Part shown: piece after piece, positions 29,998 to 38,733 of the stretch
Layout: the number at the start of each line of letters is the position of its first letter
Position numbering within the stretch: the stretch's first letter is position 1
Origin: a virus
Length of the DNA stretch: 64,000 nt
Reading direction: 5' to 3' (one strand)
IMG/VR virus record: IMGVR_UViG_3300021964_000023
Coordinates: 1 to 64,000 of that record
The notes under the pieces: model-generated
Told to the model about the DNA's origin: nothing
The model's input: only the letters and a program-made list of their open reading frames with translations
Databases searched by the model: none
Translations under genes and position numbers: made by a program

Positions 29998-30660
29998 ATG
30001 AATTTATATCATAGATTTTTGGATATTGGGGAGTATGTCCCCAATATTGATGTGTCAAAATATCGCACGGAAGGAATACGTTGGCCAGAGTTCCATAAGC
30101 AATTAGAGTTTAAAGATCTCGGTAACGATAAGATAAAACCCTGGTTAGAGAGTATGGGATTTACCTCTACATGGATTGAATTTTTCTACACACCTCCACA
30201 TGATGATGGTGTAATTCACTCTGATAATGTTTATTATGCTGACTGGGCAAAGTTAATCTTTCAATTCGGTGGTGAAGGTAGCACCATGAGATGGTGGAAA
30301 TCTGATATGGTGATGAGAGTTAGTACCAGTGCAGAACAAGTTTGCTCAACTCAAATTCCAGAGAGGAGTGAATATAATGTAGGTGATAGAACTAATGATC
30401 ACTATCATGGACAAGTTCTTGTAACAAGAGAACAGTATTCGACTTTAGAATATGAAGCAGATGTATCTACTCCAAGTTTAGTGAATGTAGGTCCTCTTCA
30501 TAGCTCACATAATCCAACAGATAATAAAAGATTTACTGTTACTATTGCTCTTATGGACAAAAACACTCCATATGAGAGAAGAATTTTGTGGGATGAAGCA
30601 ATTGAAGCATTCAAACCTTACACAGTTGATTCTTTAGCAAACCTTTACGCCTCAAAATAA
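29998..30660 (+). CDS. Putative 2OG-Fe(II) oxygenase / cupin-like protein
   Basis: HxD (IHSD), distal His (LHSSHN) and Arg (KRFTVTI) in double-stranded beta-helix order. Confidence 0.5.
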   Translation: MNLYHRFLDIGEYVPNIDVSKYRTEGIRWPEFHKQLEFKDLGNDKIKPWLESMGFTSTWIEFFYTPPHDDGVIHSDNVYYADWAKLIFQFGGEGSTMRWWKSDMVMRVSTSAEQVCSTQIPERSEYNVGDRTNDHYHGQVLVTREQYSTLEYEADVSTPSLVNVGPLHSSHNPTDNKRFTVTIALMDKNTPYERRILWDEAIEAFKPYTVDSLANLYASK

Positions 30661-32362
30661 ACACAGTGTGGGGATCATTCCTGTCAAATTCTTTAAACTC
30701 AGTATCTACAGTATACTTTTCAGTTCCACAATTTAACTGATACGGATACTCAGTATCCTCATCAAAAATAAAAGCTTTTTGAAGTTTTAGAATATCTTTA
30801 TCAACCAAATTAAGGTCGGATAAGATATTAAATATACTTTGCTTATTTCTGAACATAAAGGCAAAACTTGCAGCATGAAGAGTGTGTCCGTGCTTTCCTT
30901 GATCCAGAATCTTACCAGTCTTCATATAGTGAGATACTGATCTTTCAATCTCTCTATAATGATTTCCAATAATGCCAATATCATTCCTTATATACTCAAA
31001 TAGGGTATCATAGAAAGTTCTATATCCTACTCCTAGACTATTGAGATGCTTAGCTACAAGTTGAGTGTAACCAGCAATATGAAATTGAATGACTAACCAA
31101 CCATAAAGATATGCTTCAATTAGTTCATCATTAGTCATTGTGTTGGTTTCCGAGATCAACTCGATGACTTCTTTGATGCCATGGTCATCTTTACTGAAGG
31201 ACATATAGTCTTCTGCTTTGATAGTCTTAATACCATGAACCTCTCTTGACAAAGCACTATTCAAATCAGTATCACCAAACATTTGACAGAACCAAACATC
31301 AATAGATTCATGTTGTCCACACTCAAGTATCTGAGCAAATCCATCCTTCCAAGAATCTAAAGTCTCTTCTGGTAATCCAAGTATCAACTCAGTGTATGTT
31401 TTTACACCATACTTTTTACTCTTTTCAATTTGCTCGGAGATTTTATTGATACTCATGTTCTTTCTCTTAATCGATTTAAGAGTTGGTTCATTCATACTTT
31501 GAACACTAAGTGTTACTCCTCTACTAATATCACCGAGGATCTTAGCAATTTCAAATATAACTTCAGTTGAGTTCTTTGAATATTGAACATTAATCGCTTC
31601 TATTTTACCACGATTTGCTGCATCTCGGAAGAGTTTAGCAATCTCAAGATCTCTTTCTTTGAACATTCCAAAGTTTGCATCTGCATTAAATATGAATCCG
31701 ACATTATGCCTTGCTGCCCAATCAATATCTTGTTCGATTCTTTCCAATCCAAAGTGCTTAACTTTCTGGTATGTCATTCCACCCCAGTCACAATAAGTGC
31801 ATCTATGGGGACAACCCCTATTGGTCTCTATTGTCATGGACCAGAGAACATCAGGATTATCTGCAATTATTTTATTAAACACTCCCAATTGATATGGACT
31901 TTGGAAGTCTAAATCTTCTATCCTTTCTTTTTTATAGATTCTCTCATAAGGTTCATTCATGATTATCTTCCTAAGAAGATCTAAAAATGATTGTTCACCT
32001 TCAGACACAATAATACAATCAATGAAGTCATATTTTGCAAGTTTCTCGGTTGCTTGAGGTCCACCAAATTCTATAACGCAATGTGGATACTTCTCTTTTA
32101 TTAACTTAGCAACATGCAGATTGTATTGTTCATTCCAAATGTATGTGCTAAATGCACAAACTACTGGATCTTCCAATCTCGCAACAAGTTCTTCTGGATT
32201 CTCTCTTTTAAAAATAAAATCCTTCAAGTGATAACCACTAGCAACATCACCATACTGAAGACAATATGCCCAAAGACACCCAACACTATACGGTAACCAA
32301 TACGTATCCTCTTTTCTAACTTCTACCGCATATTGCGGTTGAAACATGTATAGATTTCTCAT
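30611..32362 (-). CDS. B12-binding-domain radical SAM enzyme (paralog 2)
   Basis: N-terminal cobalamin-binding-like domain (FSTYIWN...FGGP), ETNRGCPHRCTYCDW (CxxxCxxC), DANFG, ELILGLPEET. Confidence 0.88.
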   Translation of the reverse strand: MRNLYMFQPQYAVEVRKEDTYWLPYSVGCLWAYCLQYGDVASGYHLKDFIFKRENPEELVARLEDPVVCAFSTYIWNEQYNLHVAKLIKEKYPHCVIEFGGPQATEKLAKYDFIDCIIVSEGEQSFLDLLRKIIMNEPYERIYKKERIEDLDFQSPYQLGVFNKIIADNPDVLWSMTIETNRGCPHRCTYCDWGGMTYQKVKHFGLERIEQDIDWAARHNVGFIFNADANFGMFKERDLEIAKLFRDAANRGKIEAINVQYSKNSTEVIFEIAKILGDISRGVTLSVQSMNEPTLKSIKRKNMSINKISEQIEKSKKYGVKTYTELILGLPEETLDSWKDGFAQILECGQHESIDVWFCQMFGDTDLNSALSREVHGIKTIKAEDYMSFSKDDHGIKEVIELISETNTMTNDELIEAYLYGWLVIQFHIAGYTQLVAKHLNSLGVGYRTFYDTLFEYIRNDIGIIGNHYREIERSVSHYMKTGKILDQGKHGHTLHAASFAFMFRNKQSIFNILSDLNLVDKDILKLQKAFIFDEDTEYPYQLNCGTEKYTVDTEFKEFDRNDPHTVFILRRKGLLKNQLCKV

Positions 32363-34164
32363 AATTTTACTAAAGTGTTCTTTGTCAAATCCTTACGTTT
32401 AATCACAAACAAATTATATCTTTCTTCTTCTGTTCTTTCATTTTCTATAGAATATCTGGTATCTTTTTTATCCCATGTGTCCAAATCAAAAGGTAAAGTA
32501 GATACACAAGGATAGTCTACATCAGGATCATACATAAATTTCTTTTGAATAGTAAACACATCATCATCAATATTTAATACTTCGTCTGCAAATTTTTTAA
32601 CAAAGTCTAAAATTCTTTCTTTGTTTTCAAATTTTGATAATGTGTCATTAGGCATACCAACACCAAGTCCATGACCACTTGAATGATTCTTAGGAACCTT
32701 TCCAGTTGCAAAATACTCTCGAATTGCTTTTAGATATTCTCTAAACTCAACACCTAAAAATCCAGAGTCATTTATAGTATAGTCATATAGAAGCTCATAA
32801 AACTTTCTGTAACTCATTCCCAAAACATGCCTACAATATTTTGACAGTATTTGAGTATACCCAACATAATGAAATTTAATTGTTATCCATGAGAACATGT
32901 GAGCATCAAAAAATTCATCTTCTGTCATTGTATCTGTTGCACGAATGAGTTCAATATATTCTTTGGTATCATCAAACTCATCATTACAAAATGAAATGTA
33001 GTCTTCTGCTTTAACAGTTTTTATACCATAAGTCTTTCTACTAAACTCACTTCCAAGTTCTGCGTTCTCAAATACTTGACAAAACCAAGAATCGACAGAA
33101 AAATGTTGTCCATTCTCCATCAATAAATCTATACCATCCTTCCAGGAATCCACAGTTTCTTCAGGCATTCCAAGAATTAAGTCTGTATATAATTTTACAT
33201 TATACTTGTTAGCAAGATCAACATGACCAGCAATATCTTTCACATGAAGATTCTTTCTTTTAATCGCTTTTAGAGTTGGCATGTTCATACTTTGAACACT
33301 CAAAGTAACTCCTCTACGAGAATATTCTCCCATAATTTGTGCTATTTCAAAAGCAGCTTCATTTGAGTTTTTGGAATATTGAAGATCAATATTGTCAAGC
33401 ATTAAACTATTCTCTGCTGCTTTGCGTAGCATTTTTGCTATTTCAATATCGCGTTCTTTAAAAATTCCAAAATTAGCATCTGAGCATAAGACATATGCAA
33501 CTCTATTTGTTCTAATCCACTCAATATCTTCAGCGACTCTCTCTAATCCAAACTTATTGATTTTACTCATTGTTGTTCCTCCCCAATCACAAAATGTGCA
33601 TCTGTGAGGACACCCTCTATTTGTTTCTAAAATTGCAGCCCATATGACATCTGGATTTTTTTCAGACAACCAATCAAAAACACCAGACTGATATGGACTT
33701 TTAAATTCTAGATCATTTAATCTTTGACGTTCATGAACTTTATCAATTTTATTTCCAGCATTAATGTCACGAAGTAATTTTAAAAATGCCTCTTCACCTT
33801 CACCCAGTATAACACAGTCAATGAATGGATTTTCATCCATCATTTTTGTAGTAACTTGCGGACCACCAAATTCAATAATACAATTTGGATATTTCTCTTT
33901 GATTAGTTTGGCAACATGCAGATTATATTGCTCATTCCACAAATAGCAGCTAAATGCACATATTACTGGATTTTCTAATCTATCTAAAAGATGTTCTGGT
34001 TTTTCTCTTTTAAAAACAATATCTTTTAGATCATAAGATTTTTTTATATCATCAAATTCTTTACAATAACTCCATAAGCAAGCAACACTATATGGCATCC
34101 AATAATTTTTAGTGTCTCTTACATTGACACTATATTGTGGCTGAATGAAGTATACGTTTTTCAT
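32359..34164 (-). CDS. B12-binding-domain radical SAM enzyme (paralog 1)
   Basis: FSCYLWN...FGGP, GEGE, ETNRGCPHRCTFCDW, DANFG, DLILGMPEET; ATGA-coupled to its neighbours. Confidence 0.88.
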   Translation of the reverse strand: MKNVYFIQPQYSVNVRDTKNYWMPYSVACLWSYCKEFDDIKKSYDLKDIVFKREKPEHLLDRLENPVICAFSCYLWNEQYNLHVAKLIKEKYPNCIIEFGGPQVTTKMMDENPFIDCVILGEGEEAFLKLLRDINAGNKIDKVHERQRLNDLEFKSPYQSGVFDWLSEKNPDVIWAAILETNRGCPHRCTFCDWGGTTMSKINKFGLERVAEDIEWIRTNRVAYVLCSDANFGIFKERDIEIAKMLRKAAENSLMLDNIDLQYSKNSNEAAFEIAQIMGEYSRRGVTLSVQSMNMPTLKAIKRKNLHVKDIAGHVDLANKYNVKLYTDLILGMPEETVDSWKDGIDLLMENGQHFSVDSWFCQVFENAELGSEFSRKTYGIKTVKAEDYISFCNDEFDDTKEYIELIRATDTMTEDEFFDAHMFSWITIKFHYVGYTQILSKYCRHVLGMSYRKFYELLYDYTINDSGFLGVEFREYLKAIREYFATGKVPKNHSSGHGLGVGMPNDTLSKFENKERILDFVKKFADEVLNIDDDVFTIQKKFMYDPDVDYPCVSTLPFDLDTWDKKDTRYSIENERTEEERYNLFVIKRKDLTKNTLVKL

Positions 34165-35033
34165 ATAAAATTTTGATGTAGAGTTTTATACTTATCCTCA
34201 AAATATTTAGAGTCCCACCTACTGATGTCTCTTTCCATCAATATATCATTATTCTTTCCATATGAAAAAAATTCATCTAGGGTAAACTTATCTCTATCAT
34301 GTGTCCACCATTCATAATATGCTTCATAGCAAAAGATAAACGTCATCATTGGATACCAACTTCCTTTATGGGATGCACCTTCAAGAAGAGGATTGCATGG
34401 AATCAAAGGTAATGAATAAGTTTTTCCACATTGGCATATGAAATAGTCAGGAGTTCCTGCAAGATCTATAAAGTGTCCGTTATCATTTATCCCAGAATCT
34501 CTATTTAAATAGTATGCATTTGCAACAGTGCCTTTAAAATTATACCCAGTACCATCAAAGAATAGTGATATTAATTTCTCAACATAACTTCTTTTCAATA
34601 AAGAAGGACCAGTTGAGTAATTAGGTTCAATTGGATGAAGATAAAATCTAACCTTATCTTCACACTCAAATCCCATTTGAAGGCAATCCCAATCATACGG
34701 GAGTCGATCAATCAAGTCCTTCCAAGTGAAGTGCCATAGATCAACAAAACTAAGGTCATAATCATCTTCCATTAAAATTACATATTCGTCTTTAGATTCA
34801 AAGTACCATTTTTTTAGAGTATCTATCAAATAACAATTGTATGCTAAACATCTAGTTGATGCTTTTTCAGAATGCCCTGGACTTAATTTATACAAAATAT
34901 CATCGTCTCTCATTACAACCATAGAATATCTCATGTTGTAATAATTGAACTGATTTTCCATGTATACATGTCTGTCTACCTTATCTGGTAGCGTAAAGCA
35001 GTATACATGCGGAATCCCATTCAAGGCAACCAT
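34161..35033 (-). CDS. Putative glycosyltransferase (GT25-like)
   Basis: N-terminal VYCFTL..DRH.YM..QF, ILMEDD acidic motif and LPYDWDCLQ, resembling family 25 GTs. Confidence 0.6.
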   Translation of the reverse strand: MVALNGIPHVYCFTLPDKVDRHVYMENQFNYYNMRYSMVVMRDDDILYKLSPGHSEKASTRCLAYNCYLIDTLKKWYFESKDEYVILMEDDYDLSFVDLWHFTWKDLIDRLPYDWDCLQMGFECEDKVRFYLHPIEPNYSTGPSLLKRSYVEKLISLFFDGTGYNFKGTVANAYYLNRDSGINDNGHFIDLAGTPDYFICQCGKTYSLPLIPCNPLLEGASHKGSWYPMMTFIFCYEAYYEWWTHDRDKFTLDEFFSYGKNNDILMERDISRWDSKYFEDKYKTLHQNFI

Positions 35034-35051
35034 TATAAAAATTGTTTTTTA

Positions 35052-35058
35052 TATTTAT
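35052..35058 (-). promoter_or_regulatory. Late promoter (ATAAATA on - strand) driving the GT/radical SAM operon
   Basis: TATTTAT on the + strand, 18 nt upstream of the GT start. Confidence 0.65.
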
Positions 35059-35059
35059 C

Positions 35060-35066
35060 CTAAATA
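35060..35066 (+). promoter_or_regulatory. Late promoter (CTAAATA)
   Basis: Box upstream of small ORF 35090. Confidence 0.6.
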
Positions 35067-35089
35067 ACTGAGTAATCCACATTTTAACA

Positions 35090-35251
35090 ATGGACGACAT
35101 TTTAGATATGATTATCGGTGACGAATCTCCATCGAACGTCTCTGATAAGATCAAAGATATGCTCTATGCAAAGACTTCGGAAAAGGTAGAAGCACTGAGA
35201 CCTGAGGTGTCAAACAGTATGTTTGATGATGCTGGTGAGGTTGAAGACTGA
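35090..35251 (+). CDS. Small acidic head-region protein (53 aa; not in ORF track)
   Basis: MDDILDMIIGDESPSNVSDKIKDMLYAKTSEKVEALRPEVSNSMFDDAGEVED*; sits where small prohead-core genes lie, between gp20 and gp21. Confidence 0.75.
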   Translation: MDDILDMIIGDESPSNVSDKIKDMLYAKTSEKVEALRPEVSNSMFDDAGEVED

Positions 35252-35257
35252 ACGCGG

Positions 35258-35272
35258 ATAAATAACTAAATA
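35258..35272 (+). promoter_or_regulatory. Tandem late promoter boxes
   Basis: ATAAATA (35258) and CTAAATA (35266) before gp21. Confidence 0.65.
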
Positions 35273-35291
35273 ATCGATTGCGTGTTCAGAG

Positions 35292-35945
35292 ATGAAGCTG
35301 ATTAGGGAAGAGATTGAGAAGGTTGAAGTTCTCACTGAGACCGTTAATGGTAAGAAGAACATGTTCATTAAGGGTGTGTTCCTCCAAAGTGAGATGGTCA
35401 ACCGTAACGGTAGAATGTACCCCTTTCCAATCATGGAAAGAGAAGTGAAGAGATATTCTAAGGATTATGTTGCTAAGGGCAGAGCACTTGGCGAACTGGG
35501 TCATCCTGATGGTCCAACCGTAAACCTCGATAGAGTATCCCATAAAATTACCGAACTCAAGCAGGACGGTAATAACTTTATCGGTAAAGCACAAATTCTG
35601 CATACCCCTATGGGTAAGATTGCGGAAGCACTTCTCAAAGATGGCGTAACACTCGGCGTGTCTTCTCGTGGAATTGGTTCCCTGAGAGATAACGTCAAGT
35701 CGGGTTATAAAGAAGTTGGTGAAGACTTCATGTTGGCAACTGCTGCTGACATTGTTGCTGATCCATCTGCTCCTGATGCTTTTGTTCAAGGCATCATGGA
35801 GGGTAAAGAATGGGTTTGGGATGGAGGTATCCTCCGCGAAAAACTCGCTCAACAAACACAAATGAGAATTGAAGCAGCATCTAGACAAAGGGTATTAGAA
35901 GAGAAGAAATTGGACTTGTTCAATGACTTCCTGAATAATCTTTAA
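35292..35945 (+). CDS. gp21: Prohead protease gp21
   Basis: NRNGRMY, RALGELGHP, LGVSSRGIGSL, DIVADPSAPDAFV. Confidence 0.97.
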   Translation: MKLIREEIEKVEVLTETVNGKKNMFIKGVFLQSEMVNRNGRMYPFPIMEREVKRYSKDYVAKGRALGELGHPDGPTVNLDRVSHKITELKQDGNNFIGKAQILHTPMGKIAEALLKDGVTLGVSSRGIGSLRDNVKSGYKEVGEDFMLATAADIVADPSAPDAFVQGIMEGKEWVWDGGILREKLAQQTQMRIEAASRQRVLEEKKLDLFNDFLNNL

Positions 35946-35978
35946 GACGCTATATATACAGTTCAACTTTTAAAAATA

Positions 35979-35989
35979 ATAAATAAATA
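35979..35989 (+). promoter_or_regulatory. Late promoter (overlapping ATAAATA boxes)
   Basis: ATAAATAAATA upstream of gp22. Confidence 0.65.
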
Positions 35990-36025
35990 TAGATTAAATT
36001 ACAAAGGTTAATCGGAGAGTCTCAA

Positions 36026-37216
36026 ATGTCTAGTGACAACAACTTACAGGAAATGGAAGCAGGCACAACTCAATCCAAGACCGCTGTCAATGCTGGTGCA
36101 AAGGCAGGCGATCCCATGCAGAAGCTTGCTCCTGGCGCAGTAGCAGGTCAAACGGGTTCGTATGAAGATCTTGGTGGTCCTACTCCAGACAACTATAAGT
36201 CCGACGACGAATCAGCTAAGCTGAAGACCCCTGGCGCAACCCTCAAGCAGGTACGCGACGTTGTAAACAAAGGCGCTAAGTCTGCGGATGCAATGAAGGG
36301 TATGAAGGAAGAGGAAGAACTCGATTCTGAAGAGGTAATCGAAGAAGACGAGGAAGTAACCGCAGAAGCAGAAGAAGTCGTATCCGAAGAAGAGGAAACC
36401 GAAGAAGAGGTTGTCTCCGAAGAGGAAGAGTCTGAAGAGGAAGTTGTCGCTGAGGCAGAAGAGATCGAAGAAGAGGAGTTTGATGTCTCTGAAGATGTCA
36501 GCGCCCTTCTTGAAGGTGAAGAGCTCTCGGAAGAATTCCAAGAAAAAGCTCGCACCATCTTTGAGGCAGCACTCCGCTCCAAGGTCGAAGAGATCAAGGA
36601 AGGAATGATTGCCGCTTATGACGAAGCATACGAGGAGCGCCTCGTAGAAGAAGTAACCGAGATTAAGTCTGCTCTGACAGAAAGAGTAGATTCTTATCTT
36701 GAGTACGTAGCTGAGGAATGGGTTACCGAAAACAGACTCGCCATTGAGAGCGGTCTGAGGGCAGAAATGTCTGAATCCTTCCTTTCTGGCATGAAGAGTC
36801 TTTTTGAAGAACATTATGTATCCATCCCTGAAGAGAAATATGATGTACTTGAGAGCATGGTAGAAAAACTTGATGAAATGGAGACAAAACTCAACGAGCA
36901 GATCGAAAAGAATATCACACTCAACTCCCGCCTCTCTGAGTCGGTTGCTGATGGTATCTTTGATGAAGTAGCTGAAGGTCTTGCCCTCAGTCAAAAAGAG
37001 AAGCTCGCCTCACTTGCCGAAAGTGTAGAGTTTGAAAGTGGCGACAAGTATCGTGAGAAACTGGAGATGCTGAAGGAGTCCTACTTCTCAGCAAAGAAAG
37101 CTCCTAAAGCGCAGACCGAGAATCTGTCTGAGGAAGTAGATATTGATGCAACAGGTCATGCACCTGATTACATGAATAGCTACCTCAGAACACTTGGTGC
37201 TGTTAGCAAGAAGTGA
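36026..37216 (+). CDS. gp22: Prohead core scaffold gp22
   Basis: Highly acidic; LSEEFQEKARTIFEAA, VDSYLEYVAEEW; between gp21 and gp23. Confidence 0.93.
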   Translation: MSSDNNLQEMEAGTTQSKTAVNAGAKAGDPMQKLAPGAVAGQTGSYEDLGGPTPDNYKSDDESAKLKTPGATLKQVRDVVNKGAKSADAMKGMKEEEELDSEEVIEEDEEVTAEAEEVVSEEEETEEEVVSEEEESEEEVVAEAEEIEEEEFDVSEDVSALLEGEELSEEFQEKARTIFEAALRSKVEEIKEGMIAAYDEAYEERLVEEVTEIKSALTERVDSYLEYVAEEWVTENRLAIESGLRAEMSESFLSGMKSLFEEHYVSIPEEKYDVLESMVEKLDEMETKLNEQIEKNITLNSRLSESVADGIFDEVAEGLALSQKEKLASLAESVEFESGDKYREKLEMLKESYFSAKKAPKAQTENLSEEVDIDATGHAPDYMNSYLRTLGAVSKK

Positions 37217-37257
37217 TTTTTTAATTATCAATCAAACGTAAACTAAGGTAAAAGCAA

Positions 37258-38661
37258 ATGTTCCAATCCGAGCATCTGCAGGAAAAGTGGGCACCACTTC
37301 TCGACTATGATGGTATTGATCCTATCAAGGATAACCACAGAAGAGCAGTAACCGCTGTCCTGTTAGAAAACCAAGAAAAGTTCCTCCGCGAACAACAAGC
37401 ATTCCAAGGCGGAATTCTGAACGAAACCCCAACCAACGCAGCAAACGCTGCTGGTGCTAGTGGTGGATTCGGTGGAGACGCAGCTGCAGGTGGTCCTGTT
37501 GCTGGTTTCGATCCCGTTCTGATCTCCTTGATTAGACGTGCAATGCCTAACCTGGTCGCTTATGACCTCGCAGGCGTTCAACCAATGAGCGGTCCTACTG
37601 GACTGATCTTCGCAATGCGTTCCCGCTACACCAATCAGAGCGGAACCGAAGCACTGTTCAACGAAGCAGATACTGCATTCTCTGGTCAGCCAGATGGTCT
37701 TGATCAGGCTGCAGGATTCTCTGATGGCGTTGCAGGTATGGGTACTACTGCACAAGCAGGCAGCAACCCTGGTCTTCTGAACCCTGTTGGTACTGCATCC
37801 TCCACTGGCTACAACGTTGGTCAGGGTATGGTAACTGGTGATGCTGAGAACCTGGGCAATGGCGACGGTAATCAGTTCAACGAGATGGCATTCTCCATCG
37901 AGAAGGTTCTCGTTGAAGCCAAGTCCAGAGCACTGAAGGCAGAATACAGCCTTGAGCTTGCACAGGACCTGAAGGCAATCCACGGTCTGAACGCTGAAGC
38001 GGAACTCGCAAACATTCTCTCCACTGAGATTCTTGCTGAGATCAACCGCGAAGTCATCAGAACCATCTACAAGGTTGCTGAGCAAGGTGCTGCTGCAAAC
38101 ACCGCTACCGCTGGTGTATTCGACCTCGACATCGACTCCAACGGTCGCTGGAGTGTTGAGAAGTTCAAGGGTCTGCTGTTCCAAATCGAGCGCGATGCTA
38201 ACGCAATCGCACAAAGAACTCGTAGAGGAAAGGGCAATGTAATCATGTGCTCCGCTGACGTTGCATCCGCACTGTCCATGGCTGGCGTACTCGACTACAC
38301 CCCTGCACTCAACGCTAACCTGAACGTTGATGACACTGGTAACACCTTCGCTGGTGTTCTGCTTGGTAAGTACAGAGTCTACATCGATCCTTATGCTGCA
38401 AACGTTGCTGCTCAGCAGTACTACGTTGTTGGTTATAAGGGATCCTCTCCTTACGACGCAGGTCTCTTCTACTGCCCATATGTACCCCTCCAGATGGTAC
38501 GTGCAGTTGGCGAGAACACCTTCCAGCCCAAGATCGGATTCAAGACCCGTTATGGTCTTGTTGCAAACCCCTTCGCAGAAGGAACCGAGCAAGGTCTGGG
38601 TCGCCTCAAGGTCAACCAGAACCGTTACTACAGAAGAGTTCAGATCAAGAACCTCATGTGA
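37258..38661 (+). CDS. gp23: Major capsid protein gp23
   Basis: LIRRAMPNLVAYDLAGVQPMSGPTGLIFAMR, DAGLFYCPYVPLQM, FQPKIGFKTRYG. Confidence 0.99.
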   Translation: MFQSEHLQEKWAPLLDYDGIDPIKDNHRRAVTAVLLENQEKFLREQQAFQGGILNETPTNAANAAGASGGFGGDAAAGGPVAGFDPVLISLIRRAMPNLVAYDLAGVQPMSGPTGLIFAMRSRYTNQSGTEALFNEADTAFSGQPDGLDQAAGFSDGVAGMGTTAQAGSNPGLLNPVGTASSTGYNVGQGMVTGDAENLGNGDGNQFNEMAFSIEKVLVEAKSRALKAEYSLELAQDLKAIHGLNAEAELANILSTEILAEINREVIRTIYKVAEQGAAANTATAGVFDLDIDSNGRWSVEKFKGLLFQIERDANAIAQRTRRGKGNVIMCSADVASALSMAGVLDYTPALNANLNVDDTGNTFAGVLLGKYRVYIDPYAANVAAQQYYVVGYKGSSPYDAGLFYCPYVPLQMVRAVGENTFQPKIGFKTRYGLVANPFAEGTEQGLGRLKVNQNRYYRRVQIKNLM

Positions 38662-38685
38662 TCCATCGGATTCACAATCTGTTCC

Positions 38686-38711
38686 AGAGACCCGCAAGGG
38701 TCTCTTTTTTT
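38686..38711 (+). terminator. Rho-independent terminator after gp23
   Basis: AGAGACCC-GCAA-GGGTCTCT followed by a T run. Confidence 0.9.
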
Positions 38712-38713
38712 GT

Positions 38714-38720
38714 CTAAATA
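38714..38720 (+). promoter_or_regulatory. Late promoter (CTAAATA)
   Basis: Immediately after the gp23 terminator. Confidence 0.6.
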
Positions 38721-38733
38721 AAATTATCTTGGA

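Noticed and set aside
36300-36490. Short GAA-rich tandem repeats (EEVVSEEEE)
   Set aside because: Ordinary acidic low-complexity region of the scaffold protein; not CRISPR-like.
36193-36994. Antisense Ser- or Phe-rich ORFs over gp22
   Set aside because: Mirror of the GAA/GAG-rich scaffold coding sequence.
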